IMG/VR virus record: IMGVR_UViG_3300045988_132585
Coordinates: 76,678 to 140,677 of that record
Source of the DNA: a virus
Length of the DNA stretch: 64,000 nucleotides
Reading direction: 5' to 3' (one strand)
Shown here: one piece after another, positions 1 to 11,600 of the stretch
Numbering within the stretch: the first letter of the stretch is position 1
Layout of the letters: each line of letters begins with the position of its first letter
Position numbers and translations under genes: made by a program
Notes under the pieces: generated by a model
What the model was told of the DNA's origin: nothing
Seen by the model: the letters and a program-made list of their open reading frames with translations, nothing else
Databases searched by the model: none

Positions 1-930
1 AGAGGTGAAGCCTTTAAAGAAGCCAGGAAAAGAGGTCTTAAGGAATTTACGTGGAATGGAAAGAGATACAATACCAATGTCAAGAAAGAAGGTGGGGTGG
101 TTGGTAAACAGCGTGAAGCATATGAATACTTTACTGGAAAGCGAGGCATGTCTAAGATACAGGCGCTTGCTATCATAGGTAACCTCATGGCTGAATCTGG
201 TCTTAAAGATGACATATACGGAGACAACAAAACATCATACGGAATACAGCAATGGCATAATGAACGCATGGATAAGCTATTCAAGCACGCTAAAAAGAAA
301 GGTCATTCTACACCCACATTCAAAGACCAACTTGAGTTCTTAGCTGACGAATACGAAGGAAAGACCGGATATTCTAATTTCTTATACACAAGAAAAGGAA
401 AAGAAGGACCAGGGTATTACAACTACAGCCGGCAGGACTTTATGAACGCCGAAAACCTGAAAGATGCAGTAGTAGCTTGGAACCAAGGAGCAGGACGTCC
501 TCATAAGAGTGTTATAAGAAATGATGACCGTTATAACTATGCTATGGAAGTTGCTAAAAATCTTGGTTTGGAAATTGAAGAAAATTCAGTGTCTTTGTAT
601 GGTCAAATGGGATTCGGAGATGCTGGTGAAATAGCAGCATCGGTAACACTTCCAGAGGTAGAAGTGGCAGCCGCCCTCCCTAACCCGGAAGCCCCGTCCC
701 AGGAAAGACAGTTCGAGGAAGAGAGATTCCGTACATGGACTGAAACGTATGGTAAGGACATCATAAATCATTTACTGACGTTAGACGGGAAAAAGGATGG
801 TGATAACAGTGATTACAGTATGATGTATAGACAGCATGAAAAAGAAAGCGAAGAGGATAAGAAAATGGCTTTGATTAATGCCGTGCTTCCCAATATACAG
901 CTTCGCATTAAAGGCGTAACCGAAAATTAG
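1..930 (+). CDS. Virion-associated peptidoglycan hydrolase-like protein (phage tail lysozyme-like domain); 5' partial, reading frame open from nt 1
   Basis: Frame 1 is open from position 1 with no upstream stop, so the gene is cut by the window edge. Motifs IQALAIIGNLMAESG and YGIQQWH resemble phage tail lysozyme / lysozyme-like folds. Stop at 928-930. Confidence 0.45.
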   Translation, partial: RGEAFKEARKRGLKEFTWNGKRYNTNVKKEGGVVGKQREAYEYFTGKRGMSKIQALAIIGNLMAESGLKDDIYGDNKTSYGIQQWHNERMDKLFKHAKKKGHSTPTFKDQLEFLADEYEGKTGYSNFLYTRKGKEGPGYYNYSRQDFMNAENLKDAVVAWNQGAGRPHKSVIRNDDRYNYAMEVAKNLGLEIEENSVSLYGQMGFGDAGEIAASVTLPEVEVAAALPNPEAPSQERQFEEERFRTWTETYGKDIINHLLTLDGKKDGDNSDYSMMYRQHEKESEEDKKMALINAVLPNIQLRIKGVTEN

Positions 931-964
931 AACAAGACTGTATTTCTCTTACATTAATAAATTC

Positions 965-1035
965 AAGCCGGATTTGAGACTCGTTACACGGATACCGAAG
1001 GTTGAAGAACGATATCAAGATAATCCGGCTTTTTT
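965..1035 (+). terminator. Terminator-like long-range hairpin (AAGCCGGAT ... ATCCGGCTT) followed by TTTTTT
   Basis: 9-bp complementary arms at 965-973 and 1023-1031 with a T6 run immediately 3'. Lies downstream of the 1..930 CDS. Confidence 0.35.
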
Positions 1036-1192
1036 GTGCGATTTCGTGAAGGATGGAACTATCATCGCCTTGGTTTAACAGAACAGACCTACGTACTTCC
1101 ACTGTCCTGACGGGCATGGACGCCCGTCTTGCCTACCAGCCTGCCTAATTCTCCACTGGCTACCTAATATAATTATTAACGTCACTCCATCA

Positions 1193-1365
1193 CCTATCTC
1201 CCTTCAGTCGATAGGTTCAGTCGTTTTTAAATGTTATAAGTTCTTTCGCATCGTTCCCTTCGGTCACGATACTCAATCTTTTAACACAATTAGGCAAACA
1301 ATACAATAGACGGAAAAAGTAATTTGTCAATCTGTTCACTCACTTAACTCCCTTCGGTCGTTAAG
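1193..1365 (+). repeat. Three hairpins with conserved 11-nt loop TCCCTTC(A/G)GTC and fully covarying stems (1193-1215, 1250-1270, 1343-1365)
   Basis: Stems are CCTATC/GATAGG, ATCGT/ACGAT and CTTAAC/GTTAAG around an identical loop. Compensatory stem changes indicate selection for structure (RNA or ssDNA). Located in a 720-nt non-coding gap. Confidence 0.6.
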
Positions 1366-1590
1366 TTCATTCACTGTAAACAATTATATTAATAAATGGT
1401 AAAGTATATAAAATAATATAAATAATATAATGAGTAAGATCATTGAAAATGGTCTTAATATTAAGGAAAACGGAGACTATTCATAGGCGTAGTTTTAATT
1501 CAAGATTTGTTGTCCCACCCCTGAAGGTCAGGAGGTTACGTTCAGAGCCGTTTTCCCGTCTCTTATCCAAACCGTCATAAAACAAAAAAA

Positions 1591-1625
1591 CCTTGTATCC
1601 TATTTCTCTCAAACCGGATACAAGG
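1591..1625. terminator. Strong 10-bp hairpin (CCTTGTATCC/GGATACAAGG); intrinsic-terminator-like on the minus strand (followed by TTTTTTTGTTTT), weaker on the plus strand
   Basis: Perfect 10-bp inverted repeat with a 15-nt loop. The A-rich run on the plus side is a T-run on the minus strand directly after the stem. Confidence 0.4.
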
Positions 1626-1649
1626 CCGTGCATTTTCTTCTTTGAGCGT

Positions 1650-2708
1650 ATGATGAAAAACCATATCTTTGCACTAAAACAAAACAATATGGACACAAAG
1701 TTAAAAGAAATAACAGATCCTCACAAGTTACACGACAAGCTCTTTAAGAAAGAGCAGGTCTCTCCGATAGAAGTTATATACAATAGCTTCAGCAACTTAG
1801 GGTATAACGTAGTACGCCGTCCAGCCGGTCAGTGTTTAGGCAATTTGAGATATTTTAATCTATTTTATGACAAAAATACTCATCATTTCTATCAGAAAGA
1901 CAGGAAGTTGAGATATTGTAGCAACTTTCTTATATCTGATTACTGGAAAGATAGAGTGCGATGTTTCATAGTTTGGAACTTTGGTTTTGGAAGATTCTTT
2001 CCATATAATGATTTTATAGAGGCTATGGTTTATGACTATCTTCGATATGGGAGAAAGTCAGTTCCTTATCTTAAAAGTGTGCAAGAGGCTGAAGAAAAGT
2101 GTGTAAGGTTCTATATTCGGTCTCAGATAGATATGCTCCGTAAGGAGGGATATGCCGCTTATCGGGCTAAGTTTAAAGAAGAACGTCCTCAGTATTTTAT
2201 TGGAGACGATAGGACGGTGTTTAGGTGCCTTGACAGCTCTTTAAAAAGAGAAGAGAAGATTGCTGCATGTGTAGCCCACAAAAGGACTTTGAAAGAAGGG
2301 ATAATGACTTCCTTCATCAATCATCTCAAGAAACATCCTACCACCTTGTATTCGTGGTTTTCGTCAGAGGTAGACAGTGAAGGAAAGAATAGACTATGTT
2401 TATCTGAAAAGGCTGTTTCGTATTTAAATAAGAGACTGGTTCGCAATGGGTTAATGGCCCTTTCTGCATCATATCTTTTTAGAACGTTTAGAAAAATGGT
2501 GAAGACCTTGTTCGGTTCTAATGTCAGGTCATTCTTGAATAGCTGTCTGATGTCTGTTTCAACAGAAGAGATTTTAACTAAGTCCATAAAGAAAATAGAT
2601 TCCAGGACAGTGCTGTTTTTGTACAAGAGAGTACTTAAGAACTATCGCCGGGCATGCGGTCTTAAGTACGACCCTGATTCGGGTGGTTTGTCTGCTGTAC
2701 ATGATTGA
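1650..2708 (+). CDS. Hypothetical protein (about 352 aa)
   Basis: Long non-repetitive ORF. The annotated 1593 start lies inside the 1591-1625 hairpin, so the start is moved to the ATG at 1650 (MMKNHIF); 1689 is an alternative. Confidence 0.5.
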   Translation: MMKNHIFALKQNNMDTKLKEITDPHKLHDKLFKKEQVSPIEVIYNSFSNLGYNVVRRPAGQCLGNLRYFNLFYDKNTHHFYQKDRKLRYCSNFLISDYWKDRVRCFIVWNFGFGRFFPYNDFIEAMVYDYLRYGRKSVPYLKSVQEAEEKCVRFYIRSQIDMLRKEGYAAYRAKFKEERPQYFIGDDRTVFRCLDSSLKREEKIAACVAHKRTLKEGIMTSFINHLKKHPTTLYSWFSSEVDSEGKNRLCLSEKAVSYLNKRLVRNGLMALSASYLFRTFRKMVKTLFGSNVRSFLNSCLMSVSTEEILTKSIKKIDSRTVLFLYKRVLKNYRRACGLKYDPDSGGLSAVHD

Positions 2709-2754
2709 TTTTTAAACCTGTTGCATAACGTTGGATTTTCTCGTTCGTTTCTCT

Positions 2755-2762
2755 TATCTTTG
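2755..2762 (+). promoter_or_regulatory. Bacteroidota-type -7 promoter box TATCTTTG (TAnnTTTG)
   Basis: Exact TAnnTTTG match 14 nt upstream of the ATG at 2777. Same octamer recurs at 15655; related boxes at 18462, 21920 and 22370. Confidence 0.4.
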
Positions 2763-2776
2763 TGAAAAAAGATGAT

Positions 2777-5617
2777 ATGAAATTACGAATAGTAAAAAAT
2801 CGTCCAGTATTTGCTCCTGGTGGTAGTGTACAGGATAAGAAACAGGATATTAATGTATCCTCTACTCAGCCTATTCTTGATTATGGAACACCTGTTAATA
2901 AATGGGGTGAATCTGATATTCAGAATATATATATGCCTTCTGATGTAACTTTAGAAACAGAGGAGGGGGAGATAAATCCATTTAGTAGTATGCCTACATC
3001 CGATCCGTTTTTTGAAAATAATGATGCAGGATATGCAGGATATCTCGCTGATAACAGGGGTATGGTTAAAAACGTAGAGAAATCAGTCGTTAATAATGCA
3101 ATGAATGTAGGTGGTGTTGATGATGATTCCTCTAAAGAAAAACGTTCCCAAGATGGTAATCCTCTTGATCCTATGACTATGCCATATTATTCGCCTGATC
3201 TTGGAAGTAGGGCTCAAATGTTCGGTACAAGCCTTGGTCGGATAAGAGCCGGTAATAAGGTGGGTGCTAACGTGGCTCAAGCCGCCTTGTCTGGTATTAG
3301 TTTAGGATTAGGTCTTACCCGTAATATCATGGGGGCTTCATCTGCTGCGTATGCAGCCAGCAGGGACGAGCAGGCAGCGAGGGAGAAGCTCGAAAAAGAG
3401 CGCCGGCAGCAGTTTATCAAGTGGGAACGTGAAGGTGGTGGCGTGAATTTAGGTAACGGTCAGAAGATGGATACGTCTGATATGACCGGCGAATATATTT
3501 ATCCTCTTCCCAAGTCTATGGAAGATGCTGCGAATGTAGAGATAGAAAAAGGTGAGTATGTACTGACGCCTGATTCAGTGGGGCCTATGGAAGCTAAAGG
3601 AAACAGGCATGAGAATGGAGGCACGCCAGTTGATTTACCGGAAGCTTATATTGTTTCCGATTATCGTAAGATAGATGATGAGTTCGCCTCTTACGTTAGA
3701 GAAAACTACGGTATTAAGGCAACGTCTAAAGATACGTATGCTACACTCCTTGATCGATATAAGAAGAAGATCGGTTTGTCTGATAAGTACGAAGATCAGG
3801 AGCGTGTATATAAGAGATTAGAGAAAAATGAAGATGTAAAAGATAAAAATACATCTAATCTTAATGCTTCTATTCTTTCCAAGTACGTCAATGAAAACCA
3901 GAAAGAGATAGACGAGCTTGAAGCACAATTTCGTTCTTTCGCTGAAATCGTTTATGGCAAACAGGAAGAATCTAAGCGTAACGAGAAGATGGATGCTTTC
4001 TTCAGGGATGGCGGGGTTGTTGATCTGAATCAGGTAAAGAAACAAGCCAAGGCTTTTAATATTGCAGAATCAGATGCCAAGAACTGGATATATGACGAGT
4101 ATGTTAAGCAAACCAGAAAAATGGCTGAAGGTGGACCTACTCAGAAGGAGCTGGAGGAACTTAGAAAGAATGCTATCGGCTACAATAAGCTTATCAATCA
4201 GTTATTTGGACGAACTCTTAATATGACTGTATCTGATGTTAGCGGTCGTGAGCAGATTCTTAATCCTGATTCCAGTGTAAATGCCAATCAGAATCTACAA
4301 CATAGAAGTAATTTAGGATACGGCAGGGTAAATAATAAGGCGGTATCTAATTTGCTCGACGTAAACCGATGGGCTAACAAGTACAATACGGATGGTGATT
4401 TTGATACAGAAGGTTTTCAGAAAGGATATAACAGGCAATTAAATGCATTGTGGGCGTTAGCTGATGTAGGTGCTATCACGAATGCTGATGCAGCCAAGAA
4501 ATTCAGAGATGAGTACGGATTCTGGGGCCAGGACGCCGGAAGCTACGGAGGGAATCAGGCTTATAATTCATTTGCCGTAGATGATAAGTTTGGTCAGACA
4601 ACAGCTACTCGTTCTTATTATGGGTTGGACGTTGTTTCAGCAGAGCAAAAAAGATTGTTAAACGAAAAAGGGATAAAGAATTATGTTGACTTATTTGGTG
4701 ATAAATCTGATGCCGCTAAGAAGATTCTGGGCTCCGATTATAATAAGTTTGTTGCTTTAAGAGATAGTGGGTTAATGCCGGAAATAGACTTCGTTCTTGA
4801 GTCTGTTAAACCAGAAATGAAGCCTATTGAGGCTGGTCCCATAGCACCAGGCCTTACACCGCCTAAGATTGGATCTCCTGGAAGGATAGAGGTAAAACCG
4901 AAAGCAAGTACGCCTACGACTGCAACCGACACCGATACAGAGGAGGTGGTTGAAGACAACGAACCTAAAGGACAGAGCAGACCGGCGGCGTTCGGTCCTA
5001 TCTTCCCGGAGATGCTGAGAACGCTCGATACAGGCTTGGAGATAGAAGGTCTGGAAAGACATCAGGCTCCGAGAATAGATCCGGTTCTTCAATCTGCTGA
5101 TCAGTATATCAACGAGCTCAACCGTGCGACATCGGCTCAGTTAGACGCAGTAGGTGACGTGCCCGACTCCCAGCGAGCTGCTATTCTGGCTAATATGAAC
5201 GCCATAGCTGGAAGCAATATAGCCAAGTACGTTAATGAAGTAAATTTCAATAACGCAAGGCAAATAAACGAAGCTGATAGGTTTAATGAAATGGCTTATG
5301 TTCAGACGGATGATAAGAACATAGCAGAAAGGCAACGTTATGAATCTGGGTTGTTGAAAGCTATGGCTATAAGGGATGAAAATCTTGCTCGTTATTATGA
5401 TAGCATAAACAGCGAGATACAGAATAAGTTCAATGTTCGTACATCGTTGAATACCATAGCTTCCATAGCTCCGAATATGAGAATGCTTCCAAGTGGTCAA
5501 ATTATTTACGTTCAAGGCAATCAGGATGTGATGAATATGGGTGATTATTCTACACCTTACTTGAGAAGTTTAAATGAAGAAGATGACGAAATTAAAAGAA
5601 GAAGGAGGACCAAATAG
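2777..5617 (+). CDS. Large virion (internal/ejection-type) protein, about 946 aa
   Basis: Very long ORF. Gly/Ala-rich hydrophobic segment (GANVAQAALSGISLGLGLTRNIMGASSAAYAA) and a coiled-coil-rich middle. Start moved to the ATG at 2777 because the GTG at 2762 overlaps the promoter box. Confidence 0.6.
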   Translation: MKLRIVKNRPVFAPGGSVQDKKQDINVSSTQPILDYGTPVNKWGESDIQNIYMPSDVTLETEEGEINPFSSMPTSDPFFENNDAGYAGYLADNRGMVKNVEKSVVNNAMNVGGVDDDSSKEKRSQDGNPLDPMTMPYYSPDLGSRAQMFGTSLGRIRAGNKVGANVAQAALSGISLGLGLTRNIMGASSAAYAASRDEQAAREKLEKERRQQFIKWEREGGGVNLGNGQKMDTSDMTGEYIYPLPKSMEDAANVEIEKGEYVLTPDSVGPMEAKGNRHENGGTPVDLPEAYIVSDYRKIDDEFASYVRENYGIKATSKDTYATLLDRYKKKIGLSDKYEDQERVYKRLEKNEDVKDKNTSNLNASILSKYVNENQKEIDELEAQFRSFAEIVYGKQEESKRNEKMDAFFRDGGVVDLNQVKKQAKAFNIAESDAKNWIYDEYVKQTRKMAEGGPTQKELEELRKNAIGYNKLINQLFGRTLNMTVSDVSGREQILNPDSSVNANQNLQHRSNLGYGRVNNKAVSNLLDVNRWANKYNTDGDFDTEGFQKGYNRQLNALWALADVGAITNADAAKKFRDEYGFWGQDAGSYGGNQAYNSFAVDDKFGQTTATRSYYGLDVVSAEQKRLLNEKGIKNYVDLFGDKSDAAKKILGSDYNKFVALRDSGLMPEIDFVLESVKPEMKPIEAGPIAPGLTPPKIGSPGRIEVKPKASTPTTATDTDTEEVVEDNEPKGQSRPAAFGPIFPEMLRTLDTGLEIEGLERHQAPRIDPVLQSADQYINELNRATSAQLDAVGDVPDSQRAAILANMNAIAGSNIAKYVNEVNFNNARQINEADRFNEMAYVQTDDKNIAERQRYESGLLKAMAIRDENLARYYDSINSEIQNKFNVRTSLNTIASIAPNMRMLPSGQIIYVQGNQDVMNMGDYSTPYLRSLNEEDDEIKRRRRTK

Positions 5618-8535
5618 TGGCTTCACAATATAGTATTTTAAGGCAATATGCCCCGTATGTTAGTCCTTACAACATAGATCTTGTTAAGGACGTCATGATG
5701 TACAAACAGCAGAAGGTTGATGCTGCTCGTGAAAAGATCTATACCCAGGTAGATTATCTTATGGGTCAAGAGATAGATAAGCCTGAAGCCCGTGCTTATA
5801 TGGAAGATAAGATGTCAGGTGTGATTGCCAACATCAATCAAAAATTCAAAGGCGTGGATCTTTCTTCTGATGGTGTTACGAGAGCCATACAAGGAGAGAT
5901 TAGCTCGGTGTTGGATGATACGGTCATTAACGCGATTGCCGGCACAAAAGAAGGCAGGAGAATGCATAAAATGCTATCTGATTTACAAATAAATAATCCA
6001 GAACTTTATTCTGCTGCGAATGCTTATGCGGCTTTAAAGCCGTATAATGAATGGGTGAATGATGGAAAGGCTGGTTCCCGTCTTGCTCCTCTTCAATATA
6101 CTCCTTATACTGATTATAATAAGGAATTAAAAGATAGGATAGATTTTATAAGCAAGCTTCATAAAGGAGCTAAAGTTCAGATTCCTATTCTTGACAAGGA
6201 TGGTCATCCTACCGGGGCAGTACAAGAAGTAACTAAGGATATGCTTACTCCTGAACAGATAGCTTCTTTTGCATTGTCAGGGTTATCAGATAAAGCAAGG
6301 CAGCAGATGCAGGTGGAGGCTATTTACATGGTAGACTCTAATCCCTCTTTATATTCGTATGATTCTGTTCTTGGTTTTATGAATAAGCAGATAAGTGATA
6401 AGCAGAGGTATGTTGATGCTCTTACTGCCGATCTTTCCGGTTTGGGTTCTGATCCTGCAAAGAAAGAAATGGTTGAAAATGAAATAAAGAGAGCCAAATC
6501 TGAAATAGCTTCTATGAAATCTGAATTTAGCAGAATGGATGAAAGGACTTACGATCCGTATCTTGGAGCGATGAAGGTTATTGAAAATAATTTTATTAAT
6601 AATGCTGCTGCTTCATATGCTTATGATAATTCGTCTTTCATAATCAAAGCCGACGAGCTTTACTGGAAAACCAAAGAATATAATCAGAGGGAAAGATTAG
6701 CTAATTTGAATTTCGAAAAATGGAAGATAGAATTTGAATATGAAAGAAATAGGGATATTGCAGAGTTTGAATATGGTAAGAATAAGGATGAAGCCAGATT
6801 TGGATTAGACGAAGAACGTCTGAAGATGCAGAATAGGCTTAATGAAGCCAGAATAGCAAAACTTATGTCCTCTGGTGCAGGAGCGGCAGGCGGCAGAGCT
6901 GGAAGCCGAGCCATGCAGGTGGGCGTTGGCACAAACTCTGGTGGAACTATTTCAGCTAATCCTATCGAAACTAAAAATATTAGCATATCAGAAGAAACTC
7001 ATAAGAAGTTTAATAAGGCATATACAGATCTTGTAACATCCGGAAGTAGACTATCTACGGCCCTTGGTGCTGAAAACATGAAAAATATTCAAGCTGCCAT
7101 ATCAAGAAATATGACGGATGAAACATCAGGATACAAGTATCTTATGGATGAAGAAAAACTTCTTAAGTATATAAAGGACAATGGAGGTCTCTCTAATGAT
7201 ATGTTTGATAAGCTACCTATGGCAGAGAGAAAAGCTGCCACAGACGCTTATATGCAGCTTAATAGTGCTGTAGACAAGATGGATATAGAGAATGATAGAA
7301 TTAAGAAGGAGAACAAGATTTATGATAATATTGTATCTGAAATAGCAAATGCGATCGCGCAGAAGGAAGGAGGTAAGCCCGAAGAATATATAGCCTATGC
7401 TACAGCGTTATCCCTTAATGATATTTTAAGAAAAAATAGAGGTACAGTTGGCGATGTAGAATCTGGAGTAAGATATTATGAAAAAGGATTCTCACCTGCT
7501 GATATAGCTACTATAAGAAAGAGGGTGAAAAATGATGGCATTGATTTATCTAAAGTATTTGAGAGGGATAGTAAAAGTGGCAGGTATTTCTTAAAAAAAT
7601 ACGATGATGTAAAAAATAGTTTCTCGGATGGTGAAGAAAAGGCGTTTTTTAATGCACTGTATTCTATTAGTGGAATGGAAGGTGTTGGAAACTATGCGGT
7701 AAGTGATATTAATATGGCTGATCAAATAACTAAGGTTCAGGATGATGGTATAAATGAGATACGTAAAGAATATCTCGAACTGTATTCACCTAATACAGTA
7801 ACGTATTCAACCAAATTAACTTCTAAGGAGGATGGATACAGGGAGATGGGCATTCTTAGAGATATGTTTACTAAAAAAATGATAGATCATCCTACCGGTA
7901 AATCCGGATCGTCATCAGCAACCATCGAATCATTTTCTTTGACAGAATCAGGAATAGCCGATAATGGAGAAAAAACTTATAGGTTGGTCGCTAATCATAC
8001 TGGAAAAAGAGGAGAGTATGATGTGGTTGAGGTGTCTGAGTCGGAGTTGATAGGTGAGGGCATAGATCCTGGTGTTAATACTCCTTCTGTTGACATAGGT
8101 GGATATGAAAGTGGTATTATAAAGCCTACATTTGGAAGCGACACTAATATGTGGTATCCGAAGATGCTTCAAAATTCAGATATATCACCTGTTTACGCTT
8201 CCGTATCATCAACGATGAAAGTATTATCGGATATGATAAACAGTTCTGGTAATAATTTGGATGATATGCCGGAGCAAAAGATCTGGCTTCTTAATGCAGC
8301 TAAAGATATATTGGATAACAGCGGAAAGCTTGGTGTAAAGGTTGAAGGTTATGATCCTAAGACAAGTTACGGTTATGGATATGAGACAAGGCTTTATCTT
8401 ATGGAGAATGGTAAACCTGAGTTAATAGATTCGTTTGATACTCCTAATGTATGGTTTGCGGATAATGTGTCTAAAGAACTTGCTGTTGCGCCTCAGAAAA
8501 AAATAGTTGATTTTGTTGTGGCAGGCCAGCCATAA
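5617..8535 (+). CDS. Large virion protein, 972 aa (GTG start overlapping upstream stop, TAGTG)
   Basis: Long ORF translationally coupled to the previous gene. Gly-rich segment SSGAGAAGGRAGSRAMQVGVGTNSGG. No recognisable enzymatic motif. Confidence 0.55.
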   Translation: MASQYSILRQYAPYVSPYNIDLVKDVMMYKQQKVDAAREKIYTQVDYLMGQEIDKPEARAYMEDKMSGVIANINQKFKGVDLSSDGVTRAIQGEISSVLDDTVINAIAGTKEGRRMHKMLSDLQINNPELYSAANAYAALKPYNEWVNDGKAGSRLAPLQYTPYTDYNKELKDRIDFISKLHKGAKVQIPILDKDGHPTGAVQEVTKDMLTPEQIASFALSGLSDKARQQMQVEAIYMVDSNPSLYSYDSVLGFMNKQISDKQRYVDALTADLSGLGSDPAKKEMVENEIKRAKSEIASMKSEFSRMDERTYDPYLGAMKVIENNFINNAAASYAYDNSSFIIKADELYWKTKEYNQRERLANLNFEKWKIEFEYERNRDIAEFEYGKNKDEARFGLDEERLKMQNRLNEARIAKLMSSGAGAAGGRAGSRAMQVGVGTNSGGTISANPIETKNISISEETHKKFNKAYTDLVTSGSRLSTALGAENMKNIQAAISRNMTDETSGYKYLMDEEKLLKYIKDNGGLSNDMFDKLPMAERKAATDAYMQLNSAVDKMDIENDRIKKENKIYDNIVSEIANAIAQKEGGKPEEYIAYATALSLNDILRKNRGTVGDVESGVRYYEKGFSPADIATIRKRVKNDGIDLSKVFERDSKSGRYFLKKYDDVKNSFSDGEEKAFFNALYSISGMEGVGNYAVSDINMADQITKVQDDGINEIRKEYLELYSPNTVTYSTKLTSKEDGYREMGILRDMFTKKMIDHPTGKSGSSSATIESFSLTESGIADNGEKTYRLVANHTGKRGEYDVVEVSESELIGEGIDPGVNTPSVDIGGYESGIIKPTFGSDTNMWYPKMLQNSDISPVYASVSSTMKVLSDMINSSGNNLDDMPEQKIWLLNAAKDILDNSGKLGVKVEGYDPKTSYGYGYETRLYLMENGKPELIDSFDTPNVWFADNVSKELAVAPQKKIVDFVVAGQP

Positions 8536-8648
8536 CAGAAGAGATTAAGGATATGGTGGCGGCAAAAGAAGGAGGTAATTTACCTACGTCTTTGAATAAA
8601 AATGGCAAGTTGATGAAGTTGTTGAATAGCGTAAATAGGGAATAACAT

Positions 8649-11600
8649 ATGGAAAACAAGGAACAAACATTGGTAGAGAAATCAGGTTTCTTACCATCTA
8701 CTGGATTAAGAGGGTATAATGCCGGAGTTCCTACGCGATATGAAGAAGAATCTTCTCTTATTGAGGGGGCAAAAAGAGAGATGGAGAGGATGAAAGTAGG
8801 ATCATATACTCCCCCGGTATCAGCCATAAATCCTGATGATGATTCAGAAAAAGGATCTGATATTAGTGGAATAGATACTTCTTTTGATGTAGACACATCT
8901 TTTTCTGGACTAAAATCGGCTCTGAATGGTGGAGATGATCCAAGAAAGAAGAAAGAGGAGTCTTATAATAAGTTAAATTCCATGATAAAATCTATTCAAG
9001 ATAAATCAAGGAATACTTATTCTGGTAAACAAACGTCTTATGGTGAGGTTATAGCTGGTAATCAACAGTCATCTGCTGTTGATTTTGGTGTATTTGGTAA
9101 AGGAAGAACTATTAAGTTAGATGAAGCATATGACTTTTTATCCGATGGGAACATCGGTCTTGCAAAGTTTAAAAGTTATATGCCAGGAAGGGATAATGAA
9201 GATTATTATGGAAGAAGGCAAACTACTTGGAATAAGGCTGTTAATGGCATAGGAAAACTTGTCACAAAAACAGCATTATATGGTGTATCAGGAGTAGTAG
9301 GTATTATCCCGGCTGCGTATAATCTTATAAAGACTGGTACGTTATCTTCAGCATTTGACAATGATTTTACACGGGCCATAAATGATATAGATGAAAGAAT
9401 AAACCATTCTCTTCCTCATTATTATACAAGAGAAGAGCGCGATATGGGATTTTTGCAGAGTCTTGGGACTGCAAATTTTATTTTTAATGATGTTATTGGA
9501 AATGGTCTATCGTTTACGACAGGAGCTATTTTGTCTGCCTACCTTACAGGTGGGATGGGTGTGTCAAGTCTTGGAGCTGTTGGTGCTAAAGTAGGGATGA
9601 GGGTGGCCGGAAAGATGGCGGCGTCTAAGATTGCGGCAAGTGCTGTAAAATCTGCTTTTGGAGCGTATAGGGCAGGAGCGATGTACGGCAGGGCCATAGG
9701 CAATATGGCCAAGGTAGGAGTAAATACGTTTGTGGGTGCCGGCTGGGAGTCTGCCGTGGAGGCTCAGTCCTTTATGAAAGACTCTGAAAGTAAATACAAG
9801 GAATATTTTAAAAATATGTATGGTCGGAATCCTAATCAGTCTGAGATGGCTGAATTTAAGAGTTCTATTTCCGATACGGCAAACAGCATATTTTTAGCTA
9901 ATATGGGTATAGTTGGATTATCCAATTATCTTCTTCTGGGAAAATATCTTGGAGTAGACACTGGTTTTGCTTCTAAATACATACCTGGATTAAAGGGTGT
10001 ATCAAACACATATAGGGGATCAAAGAGTTTTGTAGATCGCTATTTGTTTGGATTAGGGACTAAGAAGGTAGCGGGTGATGCTGGAAGATTACAGACGGTA
10101 AAAGCAAATTTATTCCAGAAATCCTTAGCTACTATTTGGAATGTATCTAAAAGACCCATATCTGAAGGTGTATGGGAGGAAGGCATGCAAGGTGTTGCTC
10201 AGCGCATGGGAGAAGATTTTATTAGATCAAGATATGATAAGACGTATCTTGATGCTACGTCTTCTATAGTTGATTCTTTTTCTAAGGCCATAGCTGAACA
10301 ATTTACAACCAAAGAAGGATTGAAAGAGATTGGTATAGGATCCCTGATTGGTGGTTTGTTTGGAGCCAGAAATGGTGCTTTTGGTTTATATGAAAGGAGA
10401 AATAAAGAGCGTACTATTAATACTGATGTTGAGAAATTTAATAGTAATAATGCTTTTACTTCTCAATCTGTAAAAGACTCTATGCGAAATTTAGCCGAAT
10501 TTAATGCTCAAATGAATGATCCTGAATCAGATTATTATTCTAAATTTGAATTATCTGACAGAATGGGAATGTTAGAGGATACGGCTAACAATTTCAGGTC
10601 AATGGTTAAAAGCCTTGACGAAAGTGAGTTGGCTTCTGAAATGAAAGTAGATGAAGAAACTGTTAAAAAATACAAGGAAGATATTATAAAAGATTTTGAT
10701 AAGAAGTTAGCCAATTATAAAAAAGCTTCTTCTTTTGCTGAGGCTATTACTGCTGAGACTTCATCTGATCTTTATCGATCTAATGTTGCTAATGCTGTGT
10801 TTAAGGGGTTGGATGCAGAGGATATAGCAATGAAAACATCAAATGATATTGCTGATTATGTAAATGACAATAATTTGTTTGATGATATAAATACGTTTTA
10901 TTCATTATCAAGTCAAGCTTTTGATACAGCTAATCAGTTAAGGGAATTGCGTAATGAGATCAATGATTTGAATGCTGAAATAGAGAGGTTGGCTACAACT
11001 CCGAGAAGAGTAGAGGACGGTAATGATACGGAAGCAGAGGCTATAAAACAAAAAACTATTAAATACGATAATCTTAATAAGGAATATAGAAGGTTGTCAG
11101 AAGATCTTCTTAGTAGTTATAAAGAAGTCTTTTATTCTTTTGATCCTGGAGTATCAGCTCTTGAGTTGTTTAAATCCGAAACAATAACTGCTGAAGATAT
11201 ATTGAAGGCTTATGACTCTGTAGCTTCTTTAAGTACTTATATTGAGAATAATAAAGGAAAGAAAGAAGCAGAGGATTTAAGAAATATGGTGGTGAAATAC
11301 CAGCAAGCCATTACCCAATATAAGGTTTTACGGTCATTTATGAACTCCATACAGGATAAGAAATTCATGAGACATGATTTTTCTTTATTTTCTAAGTTCT
11401 TAAATGATATGGTATCTTCTAATACTAAAACTATAGAAAGTGATCGTTTTTACCAGACAGAGGGTAATAATATCAGTTTGGATGAAAAAATAGATGAACT
11501 TCTGAATAATGGAGAAATAAATTCAGATGAAGCATTTACCATGAAAGTATTTGGTCATCTAAACGATGGTATAACTCAGAAGCCGAAGGAGGATATATTG

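Noticed and set aside
1593-1649. Annotated start of ORF 1593..2708 and antisense ORF 1481..1696
   Set aside because: The first codons lie inside a 10-bp perfect hairpin and terminator-like structure. The downstream ATG at 1650 is used instead, and the antisense ORF spans the terminator and is discounted.
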